Assembly: GCA_000934665.2 (NCBI GenBank)
Contig: JYFJ02002322.1
Span: 1 to 59,312, forward strand
Direction of reading: 5' to 3'
From: Catajapyx aquilonaris
Lineage: Eukaryota
DNA: 59,312 bases
Each line of letters begins with the position of its first letter. Within the stretch, counting starts at the first letter, position 1. Shown here piece by piece: positions 12,201 through 59,312 of this stretch. Both the position numbers and the translations under genes were made by a program. Below the pieces are notes generated by a model. The model saw only the letters and a list, made by a program, of their open reading frames with translations, ran no database searches and was not told the DNA's origin.

Positions 12201-14034
12201 AAAAAGAAAACATTCATAAATAATATGGAATAATGATTGATTTACTTTCCAGTTGCACCAGTCACAAATTTCATCCGGTTTAATTTTGACAATTAACTGA
12301 TCACGTAATCTGAGATATGTCGAATTGTTTCTTAGGTTTATCATTAATCTGACATGGGACAGTGGGAGGTCCATACTGAAATAGTTCTCCATTGCGAAAT
12401 CATGCTTAATCTATTTGTAGAATACATACCGTTAAGTGGCCTGCAACTTGTCTAGTATTTCGTCTTTCAAGCCTCGTTCAATTGTTTCTAACATTGTGGG
12501 CAAATTATCGATCTCGGACAGCCAATCATTAGAATAGGGTTGAAAAATTTTATTACAGCTGTTTCCCCAGTCTGCTAATCCTTTCTGCGTCCTTTCCTTG
12601 TACTGTAAAGTGTATTCTAAGGCTGATCTCAACAGTTCGTTTTTTGAGTGTCTCCTCGTTCTGAGGGTAAACTTTGCGATAGTATTCAATACATTTAGCG
12701 TCAGGGGAATAACTCCCGTTTCTAGATATAAAAAATAAGCTGCAGTTGATTTTGGGAGTGTTAGAAATTTCTTTAAGAAGTAAGTTTGAACCTGCAAGAT
12801 TTCGGCTATATGTTTCGGCCCCCAAACGGGACATGCATATAATAATACTGGTACTATGTGCGACTTAAACAGTTTTAAAGCTACCGAGATGTCTCTTATG
12901 TTCAGTTTGAGCAGAACTGGCCAAAGACTATTTATCGCCGCAATGGCTTTTCTTTTAAAATAGGCAGCAGCTTCATTGAATTTTCCAGAACATTTAAAAG
13001 GCACGCCAAGGTAGGTGTATGAAGAGGTTTCAGTTAATGGTATGGTCTTCCAGAAAAACAGTTTCTTCGGACATCGTCCCCCTTTCCGAAAACACACCAA
13101 TTTTGTCTTACTTAAATTTATCTTGAGGTCATTGTCTTCAAAATAATTTGCCAATACGTTGATATTCTTCTGCATATGACATGGATTACTGGTGAGTAGA
13201 ATCAGATCGTCTGCGTAAGCTAAAAGCAGTATTTCCTCTTTCCCTGGTCCGAGATTTACCCCGTTTGCACCCCGTGTTGCCATAAATTTATGGATATCCG
13301 CCAAATATAAATTAAATAAAACCGGGCTTAACGGTTCACCTTGGGGCAACCCCGTCACCACCCTGATGCAATCCTGCCCCTGTGGGGAAACAATCTCTAA
13401 TCTGTCATACATATCTCTCAATAATGCCAACATCTTTCCGCTCACTCCCAGCTGACCCAATTTTGCAAACAGACGTTCATGTTGGACAGAGTCAAATGCT
13501 TTTGATAAATCAATAAATGACGCATAAAGTTTCCCCCTTGGCTTCGCTATATATTTTTAGGATTGTTAGCAATATAAACCTCCCAAAATGTATTGTTTGG
13601 ATCAGTGTGGGAGCACATCTGGCTGAATTAAGAAAATATGGTAACTGTCTGCAGTGCCTCATGTTGTAGCTGAACTAAAAGGTTAATAATTGCCATTTCA
13701 GCCACAGGAGCCAGTACAGCAGGTCCAGTATACTGCTGGTGCCTCGGACAAAGAAATAGTGGATGCCCTTGCGATGCTGCTAGATTCAGGAAACCCAACT
13801 CACTATGACCTGCCTGAAGAAGGAGAGGAACCTGCCAACAATCCCGCCGACCAACATACCCAGGAGCCAGAGGGGAGCAGGAATGATGATGGAACCCAGA
13901 TGACACTGGATCCAGAGACTGGTTTCTTTGTTCCAGTGGCGACAGAGCCACAGGGGCACGAGTCAGCAGGTGATCAGCAGCAAGTTGCTGTGATTACCCC
14001 GGCAGCCATTGACTTTGATGCACTTGTGCAGTAG
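6282..14034 (+). CDS. Uncharacterised acidic, largely disordered nuclear-type protein; probable 2 coding exons (6282-7976, 13702-14034), ~675 aa
   Basis: The 612-codon ORF reads as protein-like up to NPKDE, where a phase-0 donor GAG|GTAGAT sits (7976/7977). A phase-0 acceptor TTTCAG|CCA at 13702 opens a compositionally matching acidic ORF ending TAG TAA. It has the basic motif KRKRGHPPKS. Blocks LGSIENPIQLIQRGNTFHSTQPL, YDTETNTRITYKVVYPEDL and TLDPETG recall arthropod ZNF839-like proteins (from memory, unverified). Confidence 0.6.
6390..7180 (+). repeat. In-frame tandem duplication, 396-bp period (132 codons)
   Basis: CAAGAAGCAAGTGAGGCAGTGGTGGCCAGAAGT begins at both 6390 and 6786. Both copies end ...GTAGGGATGGTACAAGTTCCAGA. 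Confidence 0.95.
7212..7310 (+). repeat. Coding 33-bp tandem repeat x3 (NMRSLLKPKPQ)
   Basis: AATATGCGTAGCCTGCTGAAGCCNAARCCAC repeated three times. Confidence 0.95.
9930..10061. mobile_element. PIF/Harbinger-like MITE, copy 1
   Basis: TAA flanks on both sides. Subterminal IR TAGTCTGGTGACCCC / GGGTCACCAGACTA. Inverted second copy at 57153-57282 with TTA flanks. Confidence 0.8.
10150..10810 (+). mobile_element. 3' remnant of a non-LTR retrotransposon (LINE)
   Basis: Encodes DPCSLCNSEEDFNLYHLLYTC (CCHC-type ORF2 C-terminus, from 10375), followed by a 3' stem-loop and a TAAAC/TAAAA-type tail. The 5' boundary is approximate. Confidence 0.6.
11903..13558 (-). mobile_element. 5'-truncated LINE (reverse transcriptase C-terminal part; RTE-X/L2-like, clade tentative)
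   Basis: RT motifs FIDLSKAFDSV, GLPQGEPLSPVLFNLY, LAYADD and YTYLGV; C-terminal CDWC...H...C. AATAAA-type tail at 11903-11932. Perfect 17-bp TSD AGGATTGTTAGCAATAT at 11886-11902 and 13559-13575. The ORF is broken near 12432. Confidence 0.93.
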
Positions 14035-17000
14035 TAATTGGAATTCTTGAGCCGGAAGTTAATAACAAAAAATGAGTGGGAAGGGGGGTAACAAGGGAGG
14101 ATACCTTTAAGTGTTATAGTTTACTGCCTATATTTACACTTGTCACCTTTATTTCTCTCATCTGTACCTCACGTCAGGAGCATACATATATAGTGACTTT
14201 TTTTATGTATTTTGCTTTGTAAGAGGCTTGTTTAGACCATTTGTTCCGTGAAAGAGTGGCTGGGTGCAGCAGTGACTTACTACCTGCCAGCAAAACTACG
14301 ATCCAGTGTGACTTTTCCAAGCACTTTAATCACACAAAAATGCCACAACTTTTAAGCATGAACCCACTGTATCTGTTAGCCTTGTTTATTTTTTCATATT
14401 TCAATAGTGTCTGATCATAATTACAAATTTGTGCCATTAAGTAATGAAATTGGGAACAAATGGGAGACTTTTTGGCTAGTAAAATTCAAGGTTAGTGTTT
14501 GTTTTTTTGTACTGCAAGGATGGCAGAGGTGATGGGAGAAAGGGTTGGGTTGCTGTCACATCTCACGTAATAAGGTTAATTTTTTACAAGCAATATGAAT
14601 TACATATGACTGATGGAACTGAAGGAATTTAAAGTAAAGACAATGAAAGCATAATTATCATCAGAGGCCATTTTGTGAAATGTTAACAAGGGTATGAATT
14701 ATGGTGGCAGTTAAAAATTTATTTTCTTTTTTTTGTGTGTTTTGTCGCTACAATTTTGTTGTGTCAGTTATTTTTAAAAAAAGTCCACCTACAAGAAAAT
14801 GGCATAGCTGGATTGGGGGGGGGGGTTCAGCAACCAATGAATAGATTGTAGAAGAGGCCTTTTTCGTACCCCAGGTGTCTAATGATTATTGTGTAATTTC
14901 ATTTTCCTGTTACAGCGCTAATTCAACCACATTCACTGAGACAAACATAGCTCTCGCTGACAATTTGCCATTAAAGAATCTACGAGGAAAAATCTAACTA
15001 TGCTGTATCATTTATGAACCTAGGTGGATGTTTTGTTCGAAAAAGAAAATCAATGATTATCGTGGCGTTTTTGATTTGCATATATATTCGCAATTTTAAA
15101 ACGGTTGCAGACATCTGCATCAATCATATCTGTACCATAACTGTGGCCACCCTGTAATTTCGGAGAATAAAACTCAGTGAGGCGTGAAACATTGAATACT
15201 TCTAAAATTTTACTGTCTAATACCCCTCACATTGTTTTCTTGGACATTACCATCACATTGTCCATAATCTCGCCTACATTTTATTCTTATTTAATTTTGA
15301 GGATCCTGTCTGTACCCTTTGATGTACTTGAAAGTGCATTTCGATGTGATGTCACTAGCAACTTGGTTAGCATTTGACAAAATGAGTTAAGGGTAATATT
15401 ACATACTTTTGGAAGCCCTCCTTGCAATGCTTTTCTCTGATTTCTGAAGAAAACCCTGTTGTTGGAGATATTGAAGGGAAAATCAGCACCTTCCAACATT
15501 TTCCTACAAAACCCCCACCCCATTTTTACAGTGCTTTGAGTACGATTTGAGAACCATCCAACACATTTGGCACCTGCTTCATGAAATGGCTTTATCTATT
15601 CTGAGGCACAACTACAGCATCACTTTCACATCAGTATGTGAAGACCTGAAGCCGAACGACTCCCATGAAACTTCAAAATGGCACTACATGTATTCTGTTC
15701 CGTGATGTTGATATGACTTTGTGCTGAGCCATGTTGGGTATGACGTGTTTCTTGTGAGGTGGTGGACCTGCATCGTTTCTGTCACATTCAAAATCAGATT
15801 TTCTAGTGGGGACATGATTGCATACCTCATCCATTGCTGGAATGAGTCTGCCATTGCAAACATGAAAAGGAACCTTGTTCTGCATTCTCGCACATGACTC
15901 CCTTCTTCATTTGGTAGGTAGCAGTTGTCACACACCTGCTTTCGAGGTGGATTGGATAATAATTGCTTTCTTCTTTGTATTGGTGTCCTTGCCGATACAA
16001 TCCTTAGCTACATATCCCCTCCTGGAATCCAAAGATTCAATTTACCAGAATGATTCGTGCAAGGACTTGTAGTGTGCATCAATTGAAGTTCAGTTATGTG
16101 CATTCATAGCAGATTCTTTATTTTATTTTTTGTGGTGGTTCACATAACAAGTTCCTATTTTTTGAAAATGAGCACTTCACAGATCCTGCCATCCTATCTG
16201 CATCCACCGATTAATCATTCATGTGCAATAACTTTTTAAAAAACGCAAATATTCACATAGAAGATTTTTAATTTACAATGAAGTTATGCCTGTACAGTTG
16301 TGCCATTCTACCGAAAGAATAATTTTGGTAGAACTGCAACTCTATAACTACCTGCAACTTCTATAAATAAACCCAAGTAGGCCTATGGCATAATTCAGAT
16401 TGGCCTGTTCGGCTTAACTATCACCATCGTCATCATTTGTCATATGATTTTCCCTACAAGGGGTAATCAGAAATGAGAAAGGAGATGGATCCAATAAATA
16501 AGTTAACCCCAATGATAGAATAGTGTTCACATTTAGGATTACAGGCCTTGCAGAGGTCTTGTCTGTATCAGCTGACTCGACAGATATTTACAGGTACATC
16601 TTGAAGAAGAGCTGTAGCACAGTGAAACAATGTCTAACAGTCAGATGCATCAGGGTCATTTTGTTAGAAGCTTATAACATTACTGCTTTAACCTCACTGA
16701 GGTAAGTGTAGAGTGTGTTGAAAGCTGGTTGGTTTTCAGTTACAGTATTTGATTTAGGGTTGGTTGTATTAACAAATGTTAATATGAACTGCAGAATTAA
16801 CTGTTGTTCCCATATTGACTAACTTATTTGTAGTTAACCTTAACTCATATTTGAAGTACAACCTTCCCTTAGAGAAATATATTTAAAAATGGTAAAATGA
16901 AATTTTCTGCTGTATAGGTTTGCTTACAAAAATGCATTTTCATGTTGATACTTGGCACTAATAATCAGTGAAACCTTTTCTGCAGAACTATGCACCGTTT

Positions 17001-17445
17001 GTAGTACTGTAGTAGATTTGCTACACAAGCCCAGATTATGCACTTATTGTACTTTTACCACTAATCTATAATCATAACTGCAGTTTGAATATGCACAATG
17101 GATATTTTTGCCTTGGGGGTTCCTACCAGTATTGGCAGAATACGTACAGTATAAACAGATACATGCACTAAGCAAAATGCATCATCATTATTAAGAAGCT
17201 TAAATTCTCAAAAACCTTTTCCCCCCAATACCAATGTGGTGCTCAAGTCATTAAGGATATAGGTGTTATGAAAACTAAGACAAAAACGCTTTAGTTGATT
17301 TTGATTTTGTCTATATTACGGACAGAATGACACGTCAATGATAGCTTTGGTCATGATAAGAAAAATACATTAAGAGTGAAACACCTCACTGTGCATTGGT
17401 CAAGTGCTATTTGTAACATGTACTGTATGATACAATCGTCGCAAG

Positions 17446-17581
17446 GGGTAAGGTAGCAGATCTGAAGCTGAAAAGCCTTGCAGAGAAGCGATCATCCCTC
17501 TACCTCACAAGTCATGATGACGAGGGTCGATTATCTCTCCTGGAGGCTAATGATTCCAGCTTCAAGTCTGCCACCTTACTC
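17446..17581. mobile_element. Short degenerate fold-back MITE
   Basis: GGGTAAGGTAGCAGATCTGAAGCTG is inverted as CAGCTTCAAGTCTGCCACCTTACTC; inner ATCATCCCTC / GAGGGTCGAT. Confidence 0.55.
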
Positions 17582-19271
17582 ATTTCAATGACCGTACATG
17601 TAAAAAGGGACAGCAATACTTGTGAAAATTAATAAGGAAAAGAGTTACCTGGGGAAGGCTTTAATAACTGCCTCAAGAATAAGTAATACAGAGATCCATT
17701 GTCACAGATCACAAAATCCAAGTTTAATTTAGGTTGGTGAATAGGATTATTATTAAAACATGACTCAGGACATGCCAACAATTATTTTTTTTCTTTATTT
17801 TGTGGGCATTCATTCCAACTTCAGTCACAATCACGGAAAATGATACAATGTACATGACAAAAGCCAACTCTACCGAATAAAAACAGTTGGAGAAGGTGAG
17901 GGGGATATCAGTCACCATGAACCTATGCTTGCACAAACATGAAAATAAATAAACTCTGCAAAGCCTTTGTTTTGGATGATGAAACCACATAAAGAATAAA
18001 CATTGTCTACATAATGTGATGTTAATCAATGTACAGATTTACAATAAAATATTTAAAGCTATTCTGGGAACACAATTACATTTTAACCCATTCGTAATTC
18101 CAATTCGCTGATGACTCATTTCAGCAAGTCAAGCTCCCCACTCATTTAGGAATGGCCCCAAAACTTTGCACATTACTATAAAAAAAAATTCAGTTCTATG
18201 TAACTACAGAGTTGTAGAACTACAAGTCACATAGAACAATTCTACCCATTATCACAAGGTTAGTGAAAAAGCCACACATCAAAAACTTGTTTCTTCTCTC
18301 TCCTTTGACATGATGTTCATGAACATGGTTATACCTTTCACATGGTTAATATCGGTGTGTTAAACAGGAAATGTACCACACAGTAGTACACCGGGTGTCA
18401 TTAAACATGCTTTTCATGTTGACTACATGAGCTTTTTGAACCAAATGCTACATATTATGCTTCTGCAAATTCCATTGTTGTGGACATTTAAAATGCAACC
18501 AAATCCACTGGTAAAGGAAGATTATGCCAACTGTGTCGCACCAAGATGATTCACATGCACTTGGTTATAGTTAGTGGTACAATGAATCTTGGATTTTTAA
18601 AACCTATAGTGTTAGTAATGTAACTCTCCAATCGTTTGTAAATAATTCGTGACAAAGAAAGGTGGACTTGGAGGGTTTGTTAACATACTGGTTATGATTA
18701 TTTTCTCATGTCTATTGCACATTATTATGCTCATTATAAGTTAGGCAAATAACCAGCCAAGGAGGTGGAATCCGATTGTTATCAACCTGTGCTCATAGAA
18801 CTGTGCTTAATTGCAATACATTAAAACAAAAGGCACCAATGCATAATTTTATAAGCCTTTCAAGTGTTTTTTCCCTAGTTTTACTTTTCTTACTAAGACC
18901 CCATAAATGATCTATGCGACTCATTATCACAGGGATTTGCACAATCTTAGATACCCAATCAATTTACTTAGCTTTAGATCCTGAGAAAAAAAATGAATGT
19001 AAAATCCACAAACTATTGTAAATAAGGAATAAGTTGCAAAAACTAAAGTGGTTCCAATATGGAACCCCAGAAGTAAAATTCATGATTTTTTTTTTTTTGG
19101 GCATGCTAAGAACCCTAGGAAACAGACATAAAAAATTCATTGTCTATATACAGTCCTGACAGTTGCTGCAATAGTGATGGCTTAAGACAAAACAGAGTAA
19201 AGCATTTTGGTGACAGACTGTTAAAAAGTGATGTACCATACATAATAGTGTTTTCCTTGAAAGCCACTTTG

Positions 19272-55422
<36,151 letters not shown>

Positions 55423-55599
55423 GGGTTACGTGTACTTGTATCAGCACAGTATGTTCAAAACAAGATATGTGCAATCCATATCGAGGCCTAGTGTGAGCAA
55501 ACTAAGTGTTGCTGCGCCTTACATATGGACAATGGGAAAGTAATGACGGTCACATAGCTTTTGTAATACGCATTACGCACTCAACGACTGTAAATCAGG

Positions 55600-56480
55600 C
55601 ACAAATATATAAAAGTACTCCAGAGTTCCAAAAGGACGAGACGGAAGTCACTTCTTGGATGGTGACGTCACTCGTTTTTTTCCGTGGGGGAGGCGGGGTT
55701 CACAATTTATCCTACATGTGTTATTGCTTTACAAAAATAATTACTCTGCCGATTATACGTGATGACTGCGTGCAACTGAGCTGATTTTGGTTGTACAGTA
55801 CGAACAAATAGGTGTTGTTTATAATCTGCTTAGTTTGTTGATCGTGTGAAGAATACAGCAGGTGCGCAGGGGGCGGGTCGTCGTGGAGCGAGAGAGAGTC
55901 CTGCTCTCTGATTGGTTGACCGTAAGATTTTCCTTAATACTACATAGTATCACGTGCCTTTTATCTATTGGGAAAGTCCGTAATCGTGCGCTCCTGACAC
56001 ATGTAGCATTGATTAGAAATAAATAAAGTAGGTGAAGACCAGTGAATATTGCCATTAAATGTGGTTTTGACGGAAATGGCCTGAGCCCACCCACCCAAGG
56101 ATCAGAGAATAGGCCGTAGGCTCATCCGGTGCAGTACATTGCTCCTCCCAGGAATATGATCTGCCGTGATCTGCAGTTAATGTTTCCACTCATTCGCTCT
56201 GTGGCCTCCATGCTAGTGCGTCGTCTGTGCACATGCAAAAGTCCACACTTAATTCCACAATCTTTAATCCACAATAGTTTTAAGAGATTTTTTATGCTGA
56301 AATAAAGTTTGAAACCAATGCAAAAGTAAATTCCCCATAAATTTTTGTCCACCTGCTGGGCTAAACATGGCAACTTCCATGTGACTATGATACGTGTTTG
56401 ACGTTTGACCGATTTATTTGTTGTGAAGAAACATATTTGGCAGATAAAATGTAATCAGTGATGAACCGGCTACAGAGCAC
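55600..56480. promoter_or_regulatory. Probable bidirectional promoter region between JIP3 and the AtuA-like gene
   Basis: Divergent start codons are ~1.06 kb apart. ETS-like CGGAAGT (55642-55648), CRE TGACGTCA (55663-55670), GC boxes and CCAAT-type ATTGG motifs, with local CpG enrichment. Confidence 0.5.
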
Positions 56481-56481
56481 A

Positions 56482-56671
56482 ATGGCCTATTCGGCAGTGC
56501 GGTGTCGAGTTTTGTTACATAGCAGATTCGGGTCCTTTCAACAATGGCCCAAGCTATCCAGTGGAGCAATGATGCAGAAGAGAATGAATGCATCAACTGG
56601 AGTAGATGTAGCACGGACCAGTGTCAGGATTGGATGTGCCTCTGGATTTTGGGGAGATACACCTACAGCTG
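56482..56671 (+). CDS. First coding exon of an AtuA/DUF1446 (acyclic terpene utilisation family)-like protein; gene probably continues beyond the window
   Basis: Encodes MAYSAVRCRVLLHSRFGS...RTSVRIGCASGFWGDTPTA. VRIGCASGFWGD is the diagnostic AtuA N-terminal motif, preceded by an Arg/Ser-rich, acid-poor leader. The donor G|GTCTCA is weak and inferred. An alternative ATG lies at 56461. Confidence 0.72.
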
Positions 56672-57066
56672 GTCTCACATTTTATAAATTATATTACCGT
56701 ATATTAAATAAGTGTGGAGTTGAAAAGTCATGTCATGACAGGTTAAAATAATAATAAAGAATTTTGGAGTACATTGGAGTGCAAATGCCCCATAATAATA
56801 ATTAAAGCCGCATTCTCTTGAATGCAAGGACCAAAAAACGGATGCAATATTACACTGCTATTCTGCAAGGAATGAAATGGTAATATATGCGAGAAAAAGA
56901 CATGTGACTTTACACCCATCACAGAAAACACAATGACTAAACAAAAGTATATTATACCACTTTATTAGGAATAATAGGCCAATATCAAAGGTGAAATACT
57001 GCAGGCCCCAAAAGCATTTGCAGTGAAATTATATGATTTTGTATTGATGAGAATGAGGTTTAAACG

Positions 57067-57409
57067 CAGGTTCTTAACCTGGGGTGCCAGCACCTCCAGG
57101 TGGTGTGAGGTGGCTTCCCTGGGGGTACAAGCAAGGTATACCTCTGGACTTAGGTATATAGTCTGGTGACCCCGGGTAGCTTGCCCCCTAGGGTAACTGG
57201 TTGTTCACCGCTATCCTTTTACATATGTTGCCATGGTGATTGCCCGCGGGATAGCTTACCCGGGGTCACCAGACTAGGGGCCTTAGTCTAACCAAGAGCT
57301 AATAACTGGTCTAACTATGAACTTAATCAATCACCCCTGGTATAGGGGGTGCAACAAGGACCAATTGTCTACAAAGGGTGTGGAGGCCTGAAAAGGTTAA
57401 GAACCTCTG
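57067..57409. mobile_element. hAT-like MITE hosting a Harbinger-like MITE
   Basis: CAGGTTCTTAACCT / AGGTTAAGAACCTCTG termini. Confidence 0.6.
57153..57282. mobile_element. PIF/Harbinger-like MITE, copy 2
   Basis: Reverse complement of 9930-10061, with TTA TSD. Confidence 0.82.
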
Positions 57410-58199
57410 TTTTAGTGGAAGGGTTGGCCACTCACGTAATCAGATGTACGGTATCCTTTGTCATGTTATGAAATACCGGTACTGGTACCTCAGTAACACA
57501 TGTTTCATGATTGTCTACTGATGAACATTAATTTTGTACTTTGGCATTACCACCTGAATTTGATTGTTAAATTATATTTTACACCCATACACAGTATTGC
57601 TCAGCATTGAATATAACCTTAAGGTCCATTAATTGTCACACTCTCATTTAATATTTCAATTTTACTGTGGATGTCTTGCCTTGGACATCGTCAACTGTTC
57701 CAATTCCATGCAATGTTAACTGTCACACAGTTAGGGTCTTCGTTGTTATTCGGACCCATGAACATACAAACTGTGAGGTACAATTTGCTGTTTTAGAGCT
57801 CGAATCAAGTTCTATCTGTTATGATAAAAAGATAATGCCGGTATAGCAAGGGCTGTCAGTCAATAAAAGTCAACGACATTCCTATCGCCCTAAAGAATGT
57901 AACCATGAGGATATACACACAAAAATGCTCTTCATTGTTGATCTGACTTCATTAGAGGCCCTCGTGTGGTCATCAGGATCTTGCTCCAATGATGGAGAAG
58001 CTATGAATGTTGTTTGCTTTCTGACGCAGTTGATATCATTCAGAGGTGCTGGTGCTTCCTGGTGTCTGAAGACCTTGCTACTGGTTCTTACGTTTTTGGA
58101 AAGAGGTCAAAATCACAATGACATAGGAGAATATGATGTGTTAACTACTGTAATGAGGTATGATCAATGATAGAGAGTATTTTAAAATTGCCATTCCCA

Positions 58200-58204
<5 letters not shown>

Positions 58205-58231
<27 letters not shown>

Positions 58232-58549
58232 CTGTACCCCATTATCGGACCTTGGGCCCTTATTAGGGGAGTGGAATACCACTATTTTTGGGAACCATAT
58301 AATATATATATGTTAATTGTTCCAAGGGTAAGTATAGGAGGGGATGTGCAAAGTGCAAGTGCGCTGTCGTTAATTGGTCATTTTGTGAACTCCCCCGGGT
58401 GGCTTAGTCTACCGGATATTGCCACCCGAAACGAAGCCAGAGATGGCCCAACTCTGCACGAAAGAAGGTGGGAACCCCGGGTGGGGATTGAACCCGGGAC
58501 CTTAACTTCCGTGGGCGCGCGCGTTACCGTGGCGCCACTCCGTCTCCCT
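58205..58549 (-). mobile_element. tRNA-derived SINE family B, tail type 2 with poly-A
   Basis: Minus-strand family B head and poly-A tail. 14-bp TSD CCATTCCCATACTT at 58191-58204 and 58550-58563. Confidence 0.92.
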
Positions 58550-58727
58550 CCATTCCCATACTTCACATGGTCTTGGGGAGTTTTACATTGCTGAGGTGAT
58601 GGGTTGTTGGGTGGAGAGGGGGTTATTCCTCATTTGTTTACTGACCTACTTTGCTCAGGTCACGTCATCTTTTTAATCATATCAGGTAGAATTCAGGCAA
58701 AGCTGAAAAAATATATGGTTCATCACA

Positions 58728-59044
58728 GGGAGACGGAGTGGCGCCGCGGTAACGTGCGCGCCCACGGATGTTAAGGTCCCGGGTTCGATCCCAGCCCGGG
58801 GACACCCCCTTCATCTCGTGCAGAGGTCGGTCACCTCTGGCTTCGTCTCGGGTGGTATTTCCTACAGACTAAACCACCCGGGGGAGCTCACTAAAAATGG
58901 CCACACGTCAGATGCACTGCACTTGCACATCCCCTCCTGTCATCCTGCCCGTGGGCCCGGGCGATACGTATAAAGGTTCCAATGTACACAACAAATAAAG
59001 GTCCATGCGATAAACCCTGATAGGGCGAAAGCATTACCCAACCA

Positions 59045-59070
<26 letters not shown>
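58728..59070 (+). mobile_element. tRNA-derived SINE family B, tail type 1 with (ATT)n
   Basis: Head nearly identical to the 50987 copy; (ATT)n tail. 15-bp TSD TATATGGTTCATCAC at 58712-58726 and 59071-59085. Confidence 0.92.
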
Positions 59071-59075
<5 letters not shown>

Positions 59076-59312
59076 GGTTCATCACTGTATAAATAGGTTC
59101 TGGTGGTCAGGGGAAAAAACGTTGCAATGGATTTTGTTCCAGTTCGTGTTAACAAGTGGATATTTTGAATCGCCATGCCCCAGGTTCAATTCTAAGTTGG
59201 GGAGCCTTTTTTCACTTTCTTCTTGTACAGAGTTGGGTAGTCTCGGGCTTCATCTTGGGGGGGATTTCCCATTGATTAAACCAGGGCTATTCAATTGGCG
59301 GACCGCGGTCTG

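Noticed and set aside
15300..16100. Possible pogo-like transposase relic on the minus strand
   Set aside because: Only faint motif traces and no definable termini; too decayed to call.
57451..57459. U12-type donor-like GTATCCTTT
   Set aside because: No upstream exon with AtuA-like coding sequence could be attached; likely chance.

Overview
Animal (most likely arthropod: pancrustacean/hexapod) genomic DNA, intron-rich and dense in transposons. I hand-spliced four protein-coding genes. (1) Nurim (NRM), minus strand, 4 exons, 1167-3354, 262 aa. (2) A divergently transcribed, uncharacterised acidic low-complexity protein, plus strand, probably 6282-7976 spliced to 13702-14034, with a 396-bp in-frame internal duplication. 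(3) A complete JIP3/Sunday driver (MAPK8IP3/SPAG9 family) gene, minus strand, 55422 down to 19272, 24 coding exons, about 1393 aa. It has a chain of symmetric micro-exons, a probable GC-AG intron and two alternative last exons, each encoding its own SHLxxWQ terminal motif. (4) The first exon of an AtuA/DUF1446-like protein, plus strand, from 56482, head-to-head with JIP3. Introns and spacers hold two LINE 3' fragments, three tRNA-derived SINE families, mariner, Tigger and hAT relics, and many fold-back MITEs. The most notable unannotated pattern: seven retroposon copies with otherwise different sequences (2 LINEs, 5 SINE copies from 3 families) end in the same C-tract / short hairpin / GGG(G)T 3'-terminal stem-loop. 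Family names come from recalled motifs, not database searches. No prokaryotic-type system (CRISPR, operon) is present.
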